Source: a virus. Taken from it: a stretch of 64,000 bases of DNA. Position numbers and translations under genes: made by a program. The DNA lies in IMG/VR virus record IMGVR_UViG_3300010391_001464, positions 1 to 64,000 of that record; one strand, given 5' to 3'. Every line of letters starts with the position of its first letter. Positions within the stretch are counted from its first letter, which is position 1. Positions 31,691-39,976 of this stretch are shown piece by piece. Below the pieces are notes generated by a model, which was not told where the DNA came from, searched no databases, and saw only the letters and a list, made by a program, of their open reading frames with translations.

Positions 31691-32887
31691 ATGTTTAACG
31701 TACATATTAATGATGGATCTAAACCAATACCCAATGATGATATTTGTTATATTATTGGAAAAGATGGAATATATTTAAAGAAAAAATTAGGAATGGTTGA
31801 AAGTTGTACAAAAGTTGATAATATTTCAATATTAAATCCAGTAAATATATATGGAAAGATACATCTTCCTAAAATACCATCTAAAGTATTTTGTAAAGTA
31901 GTCTCTTTCTTTAGAGCAGCATATGAGAAATATAAAGGTGAGTCAGCTATAGTTTTATATTTCAATGAAAAAAAGAATCAATATAAAATTGTAGTACCAG
32001 AACAAAAAGTTTCTGGTGTTGCAGTTGATTATGAAGTTGATACAGAACAGACTGTTCCTGGATATAAATTAGTAGGTACTATTCATAGTCATGCCAATTT
32101 TGGCGCTTTTCATTCAGGAACAGATCAAAATGATGAAAAGAATTTTGATGGACTTCATATAACTGTAGGAAATGTAGCCGAACCTGATGGGTCATTTTCT
32201 TTATCTACTTCTGTAGTTATAAATGCTTCAAGATTTATTGAAAAATCTGAAGATTATTTAGAAGATGTTATTTCTACAGATGGCGAAAAGAAAACATTTG
32301 TTGTAGAAGGAAAAATATATGAATATATATCTCAGGCTAATAAAGATAGATTTATATTTAAAGATAATGTAAAAGATGAAGATTTTGAATTCAACCCAAA
32401 ATGGATGGATAAGGTTGAAGCAAAGAAATATATTACATATTATAGTGCTGGAAATAGTTATACACCACATTGGCAAAATTGGTTCGATCATGATGATTAT
32501 GATCGAATGATGCAATATAGAAAAGATGCTCCTTATCGATATAAAGGCAAATATTGTTATAAAAATGCTAATGGAAAACATAGTAAGAAAAACGGTAATA
32601 GGAGAAACGATAATATTATACAATTTCCTAATGAGAAGCATGAAGAAGATTTACAAATTAATATGTTTAAATTAAATGAAGCAGAAAGAAATACTCAAAC
32701 TGATGTTCCATGTGAGAAATGCATCTATAAAGATTTAAAATTAGATATTATAATTGATGAAATAGATGAACAAGCTGAAGAATTAAAAGAGGAAAAAGAT
32801 GAGTTAAGACAATATGTTAGACAAATGTATCCAGATTTACCAGATAATGAGGTAGATAAAGTAATGGAGGGTATGCATTTTGAATAA
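31691..32887 (+). CDS. JAB/MPN (JAMM) metallopeptidase, PRTRC-A-like, with acidic C-terminal extension
   Basis: Upstream Glu (GESAIVLYF) and HSH-x7-S-x2-D (IHSHANFGAFHSGTD), GLHITVG. Confidence 0.88.
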   Translation: MFNVHINDGSKPIPNDDICYIIGKDGIYLKKKLGMVESCTKVDNISILNPVNIYGKIHLPKIPSKVFCKVVSFFRAAYEKYKGESAIVLYFNEKKNQYKIVVPEQKVSGVAVDYEVDTEQTVPGYKLVGTIHSHANFGAFHSGTDQNDEKNFDGLHITVGNVAEPDGSFSLSTSVVINASRFIEKSEDYLEDVISTDGEKKTFVVEGKIYEYISQANKDRFIFKDNVKDEDFEFNPKWMDKVEAKKYITYYSAGNSYTPHWQNWFDHDDYDRMMQYRKDAPYRYKGKYCYKNANGKHSKKNGNRRNDNIIQFPNEKHEEDLQINMFKLNEAERNTQTDVPCEKCIYKDLKLDIIIDEIDEQAEELKEEKDELRQYVRQMYPDLPDNEVDKVMEGMHFE

Positions 32888-33578
32888 TATTAAAATAGTA
32901 GGTTTGGGTGGTATTGGGTCTGTACTAATAGAATCTATTTCAAGATTTTTAAACTATTCCATTCAATCACAAGATCCTATATATATAACTTTAATAGATG
33001 GAGATGTTTTTGAATCAAAAAATTATGAAAGACAAATCTTTCATATGTTAGGTAATAAGGCCGAAGTTAAAACTAAAGAACTTCAAATGAAATTTGATAG
33101 AGTAAATTTTAAGGCCATAAATTCTTTTGTTAATTCAGAAAATATTTCAAGTATAATTTCGAACGGTGATATATTGTTTTTATGTGTTGATAATCATAAG
33201 ACAAGAAAATGTGTATCAGATTTCTGTAAAACTTTAGAAAATGTTACTTTAATAAGTGGTGGTAATGAAATTACAGATGGTAATGTTCAAGTCTTTATAA
33301 GAAGGGAGGGAAAAGATTTAACTTCATCACTAACTGATTATCATCCTGAGATAGAAAATCCTACAGATAAATCTCCAGATGAAATGAGTTGTGAAGAATT
33401 AAGTAAATCAGCACCACAACTATTTTTTACTAATCTAACTGTAGCAACTATTATGTGTTGGACATTTTTTAACTTTGTAGCAAATAATAAAGTCACAACA
33501 TATTCAGAAATATATTTTGATATTAAAACAATGAGCACGTTACCAAAATTTAGAAAAGTGAAACAAAAAGCAGCTTAA
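32880..33578 (+). CDS. ThiF/E1-family Ubl-activating enzyme
   Basis: VGLGGIGS, DGDVFESKNYERQ, NKAE, CVDNHKTR, candidate catalytic Cys in SCEE...PQLFFTN. Confidence 0.9.
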   Translation: MNNIKIVGLGGIGSVLIESISRFLNYSIQSQDPIYITLIDGDVFESKNYERQIFHMLGNKAEVKTKELQMKFDRVNFKAINSFVNSENISSIISNGDILFLCVDNHKTRKCVSDFCKTLENVTLISGGNEITDGNVQVFIRREGKDLTSSLTDYHPEIENPTDKSPDEMSCEELSKSAPQLFFTNLTVATIMCWTFFNFVANNKVTTYSEIYFDIKTMSTLPKFRKVKQKAA

Positions 33579-33694
33579 ATAAACTTTTTAAATTCAAACA
33601 GTCCTTATTTTAAAATGATAATTATTATGTTTATTTTCTTAAAAGATTCCTAATTATCATAAACCTTTATAAACAAAAAATTAGGAGATATAGA

Positions 33695-34255
33695 ATGGAT
33701 AGTAAGTATACCTATGAGAATCTTGAAGTAATGACAGTTGCAGAATTAAAGGGAATTGTAAAGGAACTTGGTGTTACTGGTTATAGTAAGTCCACAAAAT
33801 ATGATATTATTGATATGATTCTTTCAGAACAGGGAGTAGAAGTAACTCAAGAAAATTTAGCAGAGAAGACTATTGCAGAGTTAAAAGACATTGCAAGAAA
33901 TCTTGATATGAAGGTTGAGAAGGGTGTTACCAAGGCAGATTTATTAAACAGAATTCTTGCAGTAGATGCAGGCGGTAAGGATGAAGTACATGCATTCGGT
34001 GGTAACATAGAAGCAGCACATAATATGGTTCAGGGTGGTCCTGCAACTATTACCGTATCATGTGGTGCTTCTGGTGGTAAATTTCCTGTTATCGGAAAGA
34101 CAGTTAATGCAGTTGCAGATTTCTTAAAAGAAATCCTCAACATTGATCCGACCGCAACAGCCATGGTTAACGGCGAGTCAGTCAAAGGAAACTTTGTACT
34201 CGGTGAGGGTGACAACGTCGAATTTGTAAAGCAAGCTGGATCAAAAGGCTGCTAA
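33695..34255 (+). CDS. Ubiquitin-like (beta-grasp) protein with two N-terminal Rho-N/HeH-like repeats
   Basis: LEVMTVAELKGIVKELGVTGYSKSTKYDIIDMIL and LAEKTIAELKDIARNL...TKADLLNRIL; C-terminal AMVNGESV...VLGEGDNVEFVKQAGSKGC (ThiS/MoaD-like strand pattern, PRTRC-C-like GxKG tail). Confidence 0.8.
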   Translation: MDSKYTYENLEVMTVAELKGIVKELGVTGYSKSTKYDIIDMILSEQGVEVTQENLAEKTIAELKDIARNLDMKVEKGVTKADLLNRILAVDAGGKDEVHAFGGNIEAAHNMVQGGPATITVSCGASGGKFPVIGKTVNAVADFLKEILNIDPTATAMVNGESVKGNFVLGEGDNVEFVKQAGSKGC

Positions 34256-34261
34256 TTAAAT

Positions 34262-34305
34262 AAAAATCCGAGGATTTAAAAATAGTACAAATCCTCGGGT
34301 TTTTT
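34262..34305 (+). terminator. Intrinsic terminator closing the Ubl cassette
   Basis: AAAAATCCGAGGATTT / AAATCCTCGGGTTTTTT hairpin with U-tract. Confidence 0.8.
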
Positions 34306-34391
34306 AATTGAAAAATTAAAAAAATAATTTAAAATAATACAAAAATATGCTTCAAAATATAAAATAAATTCGGAATCTAACTGTTTTAATA

Positions 34392-34404
34392 AGAACATAA
34401 TAAA
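34392..34404 (+). promoter_or_regulatory. Putative class A promoter (AGAACATAATAAA)
   Basis: Intergenic, after the terminator and before RBS GGAGGT of 34426. Confidence 0.45.
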
Positions 34405-34425
34405 TGATATGGAGGTGCAAAAATT

Positions 34426-35367
34426 TTGCATCAAGATATAGAAAGAATAAAAACTGTAAATGAGTTCTTAGAAAAAACTTCTACAACTACATATATTACT
34501 ATATGTGTTATAGGGATAGGAACTCTAGGTGGATTTCTTTCTAGATGCATCTCTGACCTGGAAGAAGTAACTGAATTATGCATAATTGATTATGATATTA
34601 TAGAAGAAAAGAATTTAATAAATTCAATATACACATATGAAGATCTGGGGCAGTATAAAGTAGATGCATTAGAAAGAATAATTAAAAGAGAGAATAAGAA
34701 TATAAATATAACAAAAATAAACGAGAGATATATTGAAAGTAAAACGATTCTACCGAAGAAATATGATTTAGTTTTAGATTGTAGAGATTTTACTTATGAC
34801 AGACTAAAAGAAATATCTGCTCGATTATATATTACATCAAGATATCTTATTATCGATTGTAGAAAAAATGTAACATATGATACTCATACAGAAGGAAAGT
34901 ATTTATCTTTTTTAAGTAAAAATGATTTAAGATATGCAAGCGTTGAAGCAACAATGTTGATTATTAAAGGTGGTTTAAAGTTACTTATAGAAAATGAGTC
35001 AGTTATGTCAATTGAACTAGATCATCTAGATAGAAAAGTACATGATGACATTTCAAAATCAAAAGAAGTAGATATTATATATGAGCCTCACCAAAATGAA
35101 AAAAGATTCGTTAATTTAAAAGAAGTATTTAATTTGATAATCGAATATAATAAACTAAACGATTTAGTCATATGCTTGGGCAGTAAAAACGATTCCAATA
35201 TAGATAAACTTGTTCAAAGGTCAAGTCTAAAAAGTTATCAAGATGTTTTACAAGTTTTAATGCCGCTAGTTTCTCTTCCCTATACACATTCAAGCTATCT
35301 AATTAAATTACAGATAGTAGATAATAAATATTATATTGAATTATTACCTGACACAGGAGCCGCGTAA
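34426..35367 (+). CDS. Second, divergent ThiF/E1-like protein
   Basis: ICVIGIGTLGG, IDYDIIEEKNL, DLGQYKVDAL, LVLDCRD; the usual NLxRQ Arg is absent. Confidence 0.75.
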   Translation: MHQDIERIKTVNEFLEKTSTTTYITICVIGIGTLGGFLSRCISDLEEVTELCIIDYDIIEEKNLINSIYTYEDLGQYKVDALERIIKRENKNINITKINERYIESKTILPKKYDLVLDCRDFTYDRLKEISARLYITSRYLIIDCRKNVTYDTHTEGKYLSFLSKNDLRYASVEATMLIIKGGLKLLIENESVMSIELDHLDRKVHDDISKSKEVDIIYEPHQNEKRFVNLKEVFNLIIEYNKLNDLVICLGSKNDSNIDKLVQRSSLKSYQDVLQVLMPLVSLPYTHSSYLIKLQIVDNKYYIELLPDTGAA

Positions 35368-36054
35368 ATGATCCCATTCAAACACGAAAAAGTAGGAGAC
35401 ATTGAAAGCTTCAACTTTAATATAGAAATAGTTCCGGAATTTATACAATATCAAGGAAAGATTAAGAAAATTGTAAAAATACCAAATGACTATTTCAAGA
35501 TTAGAGAGTTTAGAATTATAGTAAACAAAAATGTAGTTGAAGATTTAATTATAATGAATGCATTTCATCCAAATGCAACTCCAAATCCTAATGAAGTAGG
35601 ACTAAAATTTGGAGAAACACCACCTTATATTCAATTTTTCTGTCTTCCAGAAAATTTGAAGAATAAAGATATGGGAATAGATTTTAATATTGAGCATTAT
35701 ATAGAATATTTTATCCAAATGTTAAAAACATATAACTATGATTCATCTTATTGGATAAGATGGAATGGATTTACTCTAATTGATTATGAACATGTGATAG
35801 ATAAAGATGATAAAAAGTTAGAGAAAAAAGGTAAGAAGGAAAATCTTAAGTCTGCTTTAAAAGACTTAGGTACTTATGTAATATCAGATACTACTAATGC
35901 AGCTAAAAAATCATTATCAGAAGTAGTTTCATCTGATAATTTTAGGTTTCCTAGAAGTTCTTTTGAACTGGAATTGAGGATGGATCAACTATTATTACAA
36001 CTAGAAAGAAATTTAATATTAGCGTTGCAACGGAGATTAGATGGTAAACAATAA
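35368..36054 (+). CDS. Possible E2/UBC-fold protein
   Basis: AFHPNA followed by FFCLP resembles the UBC HPN...C arrangement; abuts the ThiF gene. Confidence 0.45.
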   Translation: MIPFKHEKVGDIESFNFNIEIVPEFIQYQGKIKKIVKIPNDYFKIREFRIIVNKNVVEDLIIMNAFHPNATPNPNEVGLKFGETPPYIQFFCLPENLKNKDMGIDFNIEHYIEYFIQMLKTYNYDSSYWIRWNGFTLIDYEHVIDKDDKKLEKKGKKENLKSALKDLGTYVISDTTNAAKKSLSEVVSSDNFRFPRSSFELELRMDQLLLQLERNLILALQRRLDGKQ

Positions 36055-36235
36055 AGAAGATTCATTAGAAGTAGTTATAAGAAAAATGATTCATAAAGAA
36101 TTAGAAATAGTTGAACGAGAAAAGGTTGACCAACTTGTAAAAGAATTAATTCCTGAGTTAGATAAATTAATTTGTATTAAGGTTAAAGAACATCTAAAAG
36201 GAATTGCAGAATTTATATTAGAAAAGACTAAGTAA
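36041..36235 (+). CDS. Small helical hypothetical protein before beta' (set 2)
   Basis: 64 aa, RBS GGAG. Confidence 0.55.
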   Translation: MVNNKEDSLEVVIRKMIHKELEIVEREKVDQLVKELIPELDKLICIKVKEHLKGIAEFILEKTK

Positions 36236-36254
36236 TATATGGGGAGGTTTATGG

Positions 36255-38957
36255 ATGCCCAAATTTTTAAATTTTCATGAATTTTGTAAAGAGTTGCCAG
36301 AAATAACAAGTGTAAAAATTATAGATAAAAAAAATTTCCATTCAGAAGGTTTATTTTCTGAGCAGATCTTTGGACCATTAAATAATTATACATGTCAATG
36401 TGGTATTTATTACGGCTCATCAAAGGATGGTTATTTATGTCCTGAATGTAATGTACAAGTTGTAAATAGTGATGAGAGGAGAAGAAGATTTGCAAAAATT
36501 ATACTTCCTATTCCAGTAGTAAATCCATTATTTTATGATATGTTAGTAGATATTGGAGATGGAGATTTAAAAGATATATTAGATGAAATTATGAAAAGTG
36601 ATGTTAGTATTATGTATAAAGATAAAGATGTTTATTATGTTACGGAACAAGGAAAACAACCGGAAGGAGTAGAAACCTGGGAACGACTTGATGCAATATA
36701 TGAAGTAGTAAGTAATATCTCAAATAAATTAGCTGAGAAAGGAATCGAAGAGTGGAAAATAGTTAATAAAAATTTAGATAATCTAATAATAGATCAGATT
36801 ATCGTGTTACCACCTGACTTACGGCCAGCAGCTAAGGGAATTGAGAGAAATAATCAAGTACTTGACCAAATTAATAGGTACTATGCTCAAATCCTTCATA
36901 AGAAGGAATCTATGAAGGATACAATTATTGATATTGAAAAAGATAAGAAACTATATTATAGTTATTATAGGCAAATTCAAAAAGATGTGTCAGAACTATA
37001 TAAACATATACTTGAAAAACTTTCTAAAAAAGAAGGACTAATTAGAGGAAATATTTTAGGGAAAAGAATTGATTTTTCAGGAAGAGCAGTTATTGTTCCT
37101 GACCCAACTCTTGACTTAGATTCATGTGTATTACCTTATCTTATGTTTTTAGAATTATTTAAACTTCAAGTATCTAAACGATTAATATATAAAGGAAAGT
37201 TTAAACTTCTCAATAACGCAATTGATTTTGTTGATAAATGTATTGAATTAAAAACTACATCATTATTTAGAATATGTGAAGAAATTGCAAAAGATGAAGT
37301 ATGTATTTTAAATAGACAACCATCTTTACATCGTTTAAGCATGATAGGTTTTAATATAAAAATATCATTAGATGAAGTAATTAAAATTCATCCATTGGTA
37401 TGTCCTGGATTTAATGCTGACTTTGACGGGGATCAAATGGCAGTATATGTTCCTATTACTGAAGTCACTAAACAAGAAGTTAAAGATAAGCTTCTAATGT
37501 CAAAGAATTTAAATAATCCATCTGACAATAGTTTGAGTACTACTCCTAGCCAAGATATTATTTTAGGTCTTTATTCTTTATCTGCAAATTTATTTCCAGA
37601 TTTACTGGAAATAGTTGAATTTAAAGGAAGAAAGATTACAGAAAGTAGAAAAATTGTAAATGAATGTTTTCCAGATGATTATCCAATAGTAGATGAAGAG
37701 TTAAAAAAATTAAATATTATAAAAATTTTGAATGATATTAAAGACAGATATCCTGAATCAGTTATAAAGGAAGTATTAGATAAAACTAAATTAGTAGGTT
37801 TTAAATATTCTACATTGTTTGGTTCAACAATGGCATTAAATGAATGTTACCTTAAAGATGCTGACAAATATAAACAAATTATTTATTCTGAACAAGCAAT
37901 ATCACAACAGTTGAATAGAGTTTCTTCTAATGAAACCAAAGACTTAATGAAAAAGAACTTTAATTATGCATATACAGTTGAATCTGGAGCTAGAGGAAGT
38001 TGGGATCAAGTTAGACAAATCATTTTAACTAGAGGATTTATATCTAACTTTAAAGGACAGATACTTCCAGTTCCAATTAAACATAGTTTAATAGATGGAT
38101 TAAATCAAGAAGAATTTTTTCTATCAACATATGGTTGTAGAAAAGGACTTCTTGATGTAGCTTTAAATACTGGAATCTCAGGTTATTTATCTAGAAAATT
38201 AATATTTACTTGTTCAAATCTTCAGTTAGATGAAAACTTAAAAGATTGTGGAACTACCGATACATTAAGTATTTTTGTAAAAGATGAAAAGAAAGCAAAA
38301 ATGTTAATCGGTAGATGGTTTGTAATTAATAATAATTTAATTTTGATTACAAAGGCTAATTACGAATCTTTTGTAGGTCAAACTTTAAATTTAAGAAGTC
38401 CAATATTATGTAAAAGCCCAAAAGTATGTACTACTTGCTATGGAGATTTATATAAATCTTTACATAGTAAATTTGTAGGAGTTATATCAGCTCAGTCTTT
38501 AGGTGAATGTAATACTCAACTCGTTCTCCGCACGTTTCACACGAGTGGAGTTGCATCTGTAAAAGATAAGATAAATAATAAAGATATGATCCAACAAGAT
38601 ATTATTGGAGATTTATCTTCAGTGTCTAAAATGCTTCATAATTTTCAAGGAAAAAATTATACAGATTTAGTTAGTAAGCTTTTTGAGGTATATAATAATA
38701 GTAGAAAAATTCATCATGTTCATTTTGAAGTATTGGTTGCACAATTGATGTGGAATAATCTCCATAAGTGGAGATTATTAGAAGATAGAGATAAAAAAGA
38801 AATACAATTTTACTCAGTTCAAACTGTGCCAGCAAAAGAAAGTTGGTTGTTAGGTTTAGCATTTAGCAACCCAAAGAAAAATATCCTTAGTGGTATTCTT
38901 TATCCTGGAAACTATACTGGAGTAATGGATAAAATTCTATGTGGAGAAAAGATATAG
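36255..38957 (+). CDS. rpoC: DNA-directed RNA polymerase beta'-like subunit (set 2)
   Basis: GLFSEQIFGP, zinc-binding CQCG...CPEC, VLPPDLRP, LGKRIDFSGRAVI, LNRQPSLHR, FNADFDGDQMAV, SGYLSRKL, TQLVLRTFHTSG. Confidence 0.97.
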   Translation: MPKFLNFHEFCKELPEITSVKIIDKKNFHSEGLFSEQIFGPLNNYTCQCGIYYGSSKDGYLCPECNVQVVNSDERRRRFAKIILPIPVVNPLFYDMLVDIGDGDLKDILDEIMKSDVSIMYKDKDVYYVTEQGKQPEGVETWERLDAIYEVVSNISNKLAEKGIEEWKIVNKNLDNLIIDQIIVLPPDLRPAAKGIERNNQVLDQINRYYAQILHKKESMKDTIIDIEKDKKLYYSYYRQIQKDVSELYKHILEKLSKKEGLIRGNILGKRIDFSGRAVIVPDPTLDLDSCVLPYLMFLELFKLQVSKRLIYKGKFKLLNNAIDFVDKCIELKTTSLFRICEEIAKDEVCILNRQPSLHRLSMIGFNIKISLDEVIKIHPLVCPGFNADFDGDQMAVYVPITEVTKQEVKDKLLMSKNLNNPSDNSLSTTPSQDIILGLYSLSANLFPDLLEIVEFKGRKITESRKIVNECFPDDYPIVDEELKKLNIIKILNDIKDRYPESVIKEVLDKTKLVGFKYSTLFGSTMALNECYLKDADKYKQIIYSEQAISQQLNRVSSNETKDLMKKNFNYAYTVESGARGSWDQVRQIILTRGFISNFKGQILPVPIKHSLIDGLNQEEFFLSTYGCRKGLLDVALNTGISGYLSRKLIFTCSNLQLDENLKDCGTTDTLSIFVKDEKKAKMLIGRWFVINNNLILITKANYESFVGQTLNLRSPILCKSPKVCTTCYGDLYKSLHSKFVGVISAQSLGECNTQLVLRTFHTSGVASVKDKINNKDMIQQDIIGDLSSVSKMLHNFQGKNYTDLVSKLFEVYNNSRKIHHVHFEVLVAQLMWNNLHKWRLLEDRDKKEIQFYSVQTVPAKESWLLGLAFSNPKKNILSGILYPGNYTGVMDKILCGEKI

Positions 38958-38958
38958 G

Positions 38959-39972
38959 ATGTACTTTTGCGATTATGGTTGTGGTAATGAAGCAATAATT
39001 ACGTTCAAAAATGGAAAAAAGTGTTGCCAAGAAAAATATTCAAAATGTCCCGGGTTACGAAAAAAATATAGTAACCCGGGATCTAAAAATCCAAGATTTG
39101 GTAAGCATTGGTCTGAGGAATGGAAAAAAAATCATTCTGAAAAATTAGTAGGAAGAAAGATTAAAAGAACTTTTATTCCTATAAAATTAGAAGAAGACAA
39201 AAATATCTTATGTGATTTTTGTAATAAAAGACTAGCTAAGTATAAATTAAATAATGGAAAAAATTGTTGTGAAGAACATCAAAGTAAATGTCCAGAAATA
39301 AGAGTTAAAATAGGAAAAAAAATAAAAGGAAAAATGGTTGGTATAAATCATCCATTTTTTGGAAAAACTCACACAGATGAAGTTAAACAATTACAATCTA
39401 TTAGAGTAAAAGGAAATAAATATAATTTAAATACATTAAATAAGATAAATAAAAAGTATCCATTTTTTTCAGAGATTGAAAATACAAAAGAGATAAATGG
39501 AAGTTTAATAGTAAAATGTAAACATTGTAAAAAATGGTTTGAACCTACAAGATCTCAGTTATATGAAAGAATTTATGCTATAAAAAATAAAGGGACTATT
39601 CATGATACAGGAAATTCATATTTTTACTGTTCTTCTGAATGTAAACTAGAGTGTGTATATTATTACAGAAAAAAAGATCCTGACATTCTAAGAGAATATG
39701 AAAGATATAAACAAAATGTATTAAAATATACTAATAGAAATATAAAATTTAACTTTGATAAAATCGAAAATTCAAGTAAAAAAATAAATGGAGATAACTT
39801 AGAACTGGATCATAAATTTTCAATATATTCAGGTTTTATAAATAATATTGATCCAAAAATAATTGGTCATTGGAAAAATTTAAAATATATAAAAAAAGTA
39901 GAAAATAGAAAGAAAAGAGAATCTTGTTCTATAACTATTGAAGAAGTTCTTTCATATTCACAGGAGGTTTAA
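38959..39972 (+). CDS. Free-standing HNH-type homing endonuclease with NUMOD3 and Cys-rich repeats
   Basis: Repeats CDYGCG...NGKKCC...SKCP and CDFCN...NGKNCC...SKCP; FGKHWSEE and FGKTHTDE; C-terminal ELDHKFSI...GHWKNL...ENRKK. Sits between beta' and beta. Confidence 0.75.
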   Translation: MYFCDYGCGNEAIITFKNGKKCCQEKYSKCPGLRKKYSNPGSKNPRFGKHWSEEWKKNHSEKLVGRKIKRTFIPIKLEEDKNILCDFCNKRLAKYKLNNGKNCCEEHQSKCPEIRVKIGKKIKGKMVGINHPFFGKTHTDEVKQLQSIRVKGNKYNLNTLNKINKKYPFFSEIENTKEINGSLIVKCKHCKKWFEPTRSQLYERIYAIKNKGTIHDTGNSYFYCSSECKLECVYYYRKKDPDILREYERYKQNVLKYTNRNIKFNFDKIENSSKKINGDNLELDHKFSIYSGFINNIDPKIIGHWKNLKYIKKVENRKKRESCSITIEEVLSYSQEV

Positions 39973-39976
39973 AATA

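Noticed and set aside
32880-34255. ThiF/ThiS or MoeB/MoaD sulfur-transfer pair
   Set aside because: The E1 lacks the CxxC zinc motifs, the Ubl lacks a GG end, E2-like and JAB genes are adjacent and no thiamine or molybdopterin genes are nearby. Disfavoured, not excluded.
38941-39972. Group I intron or intein in RNAP set 2
   Set aside because: The endonuclease lies between two complete-looking genes with no room for a ribozyme core, and no intein motifs were seen in either subunit.
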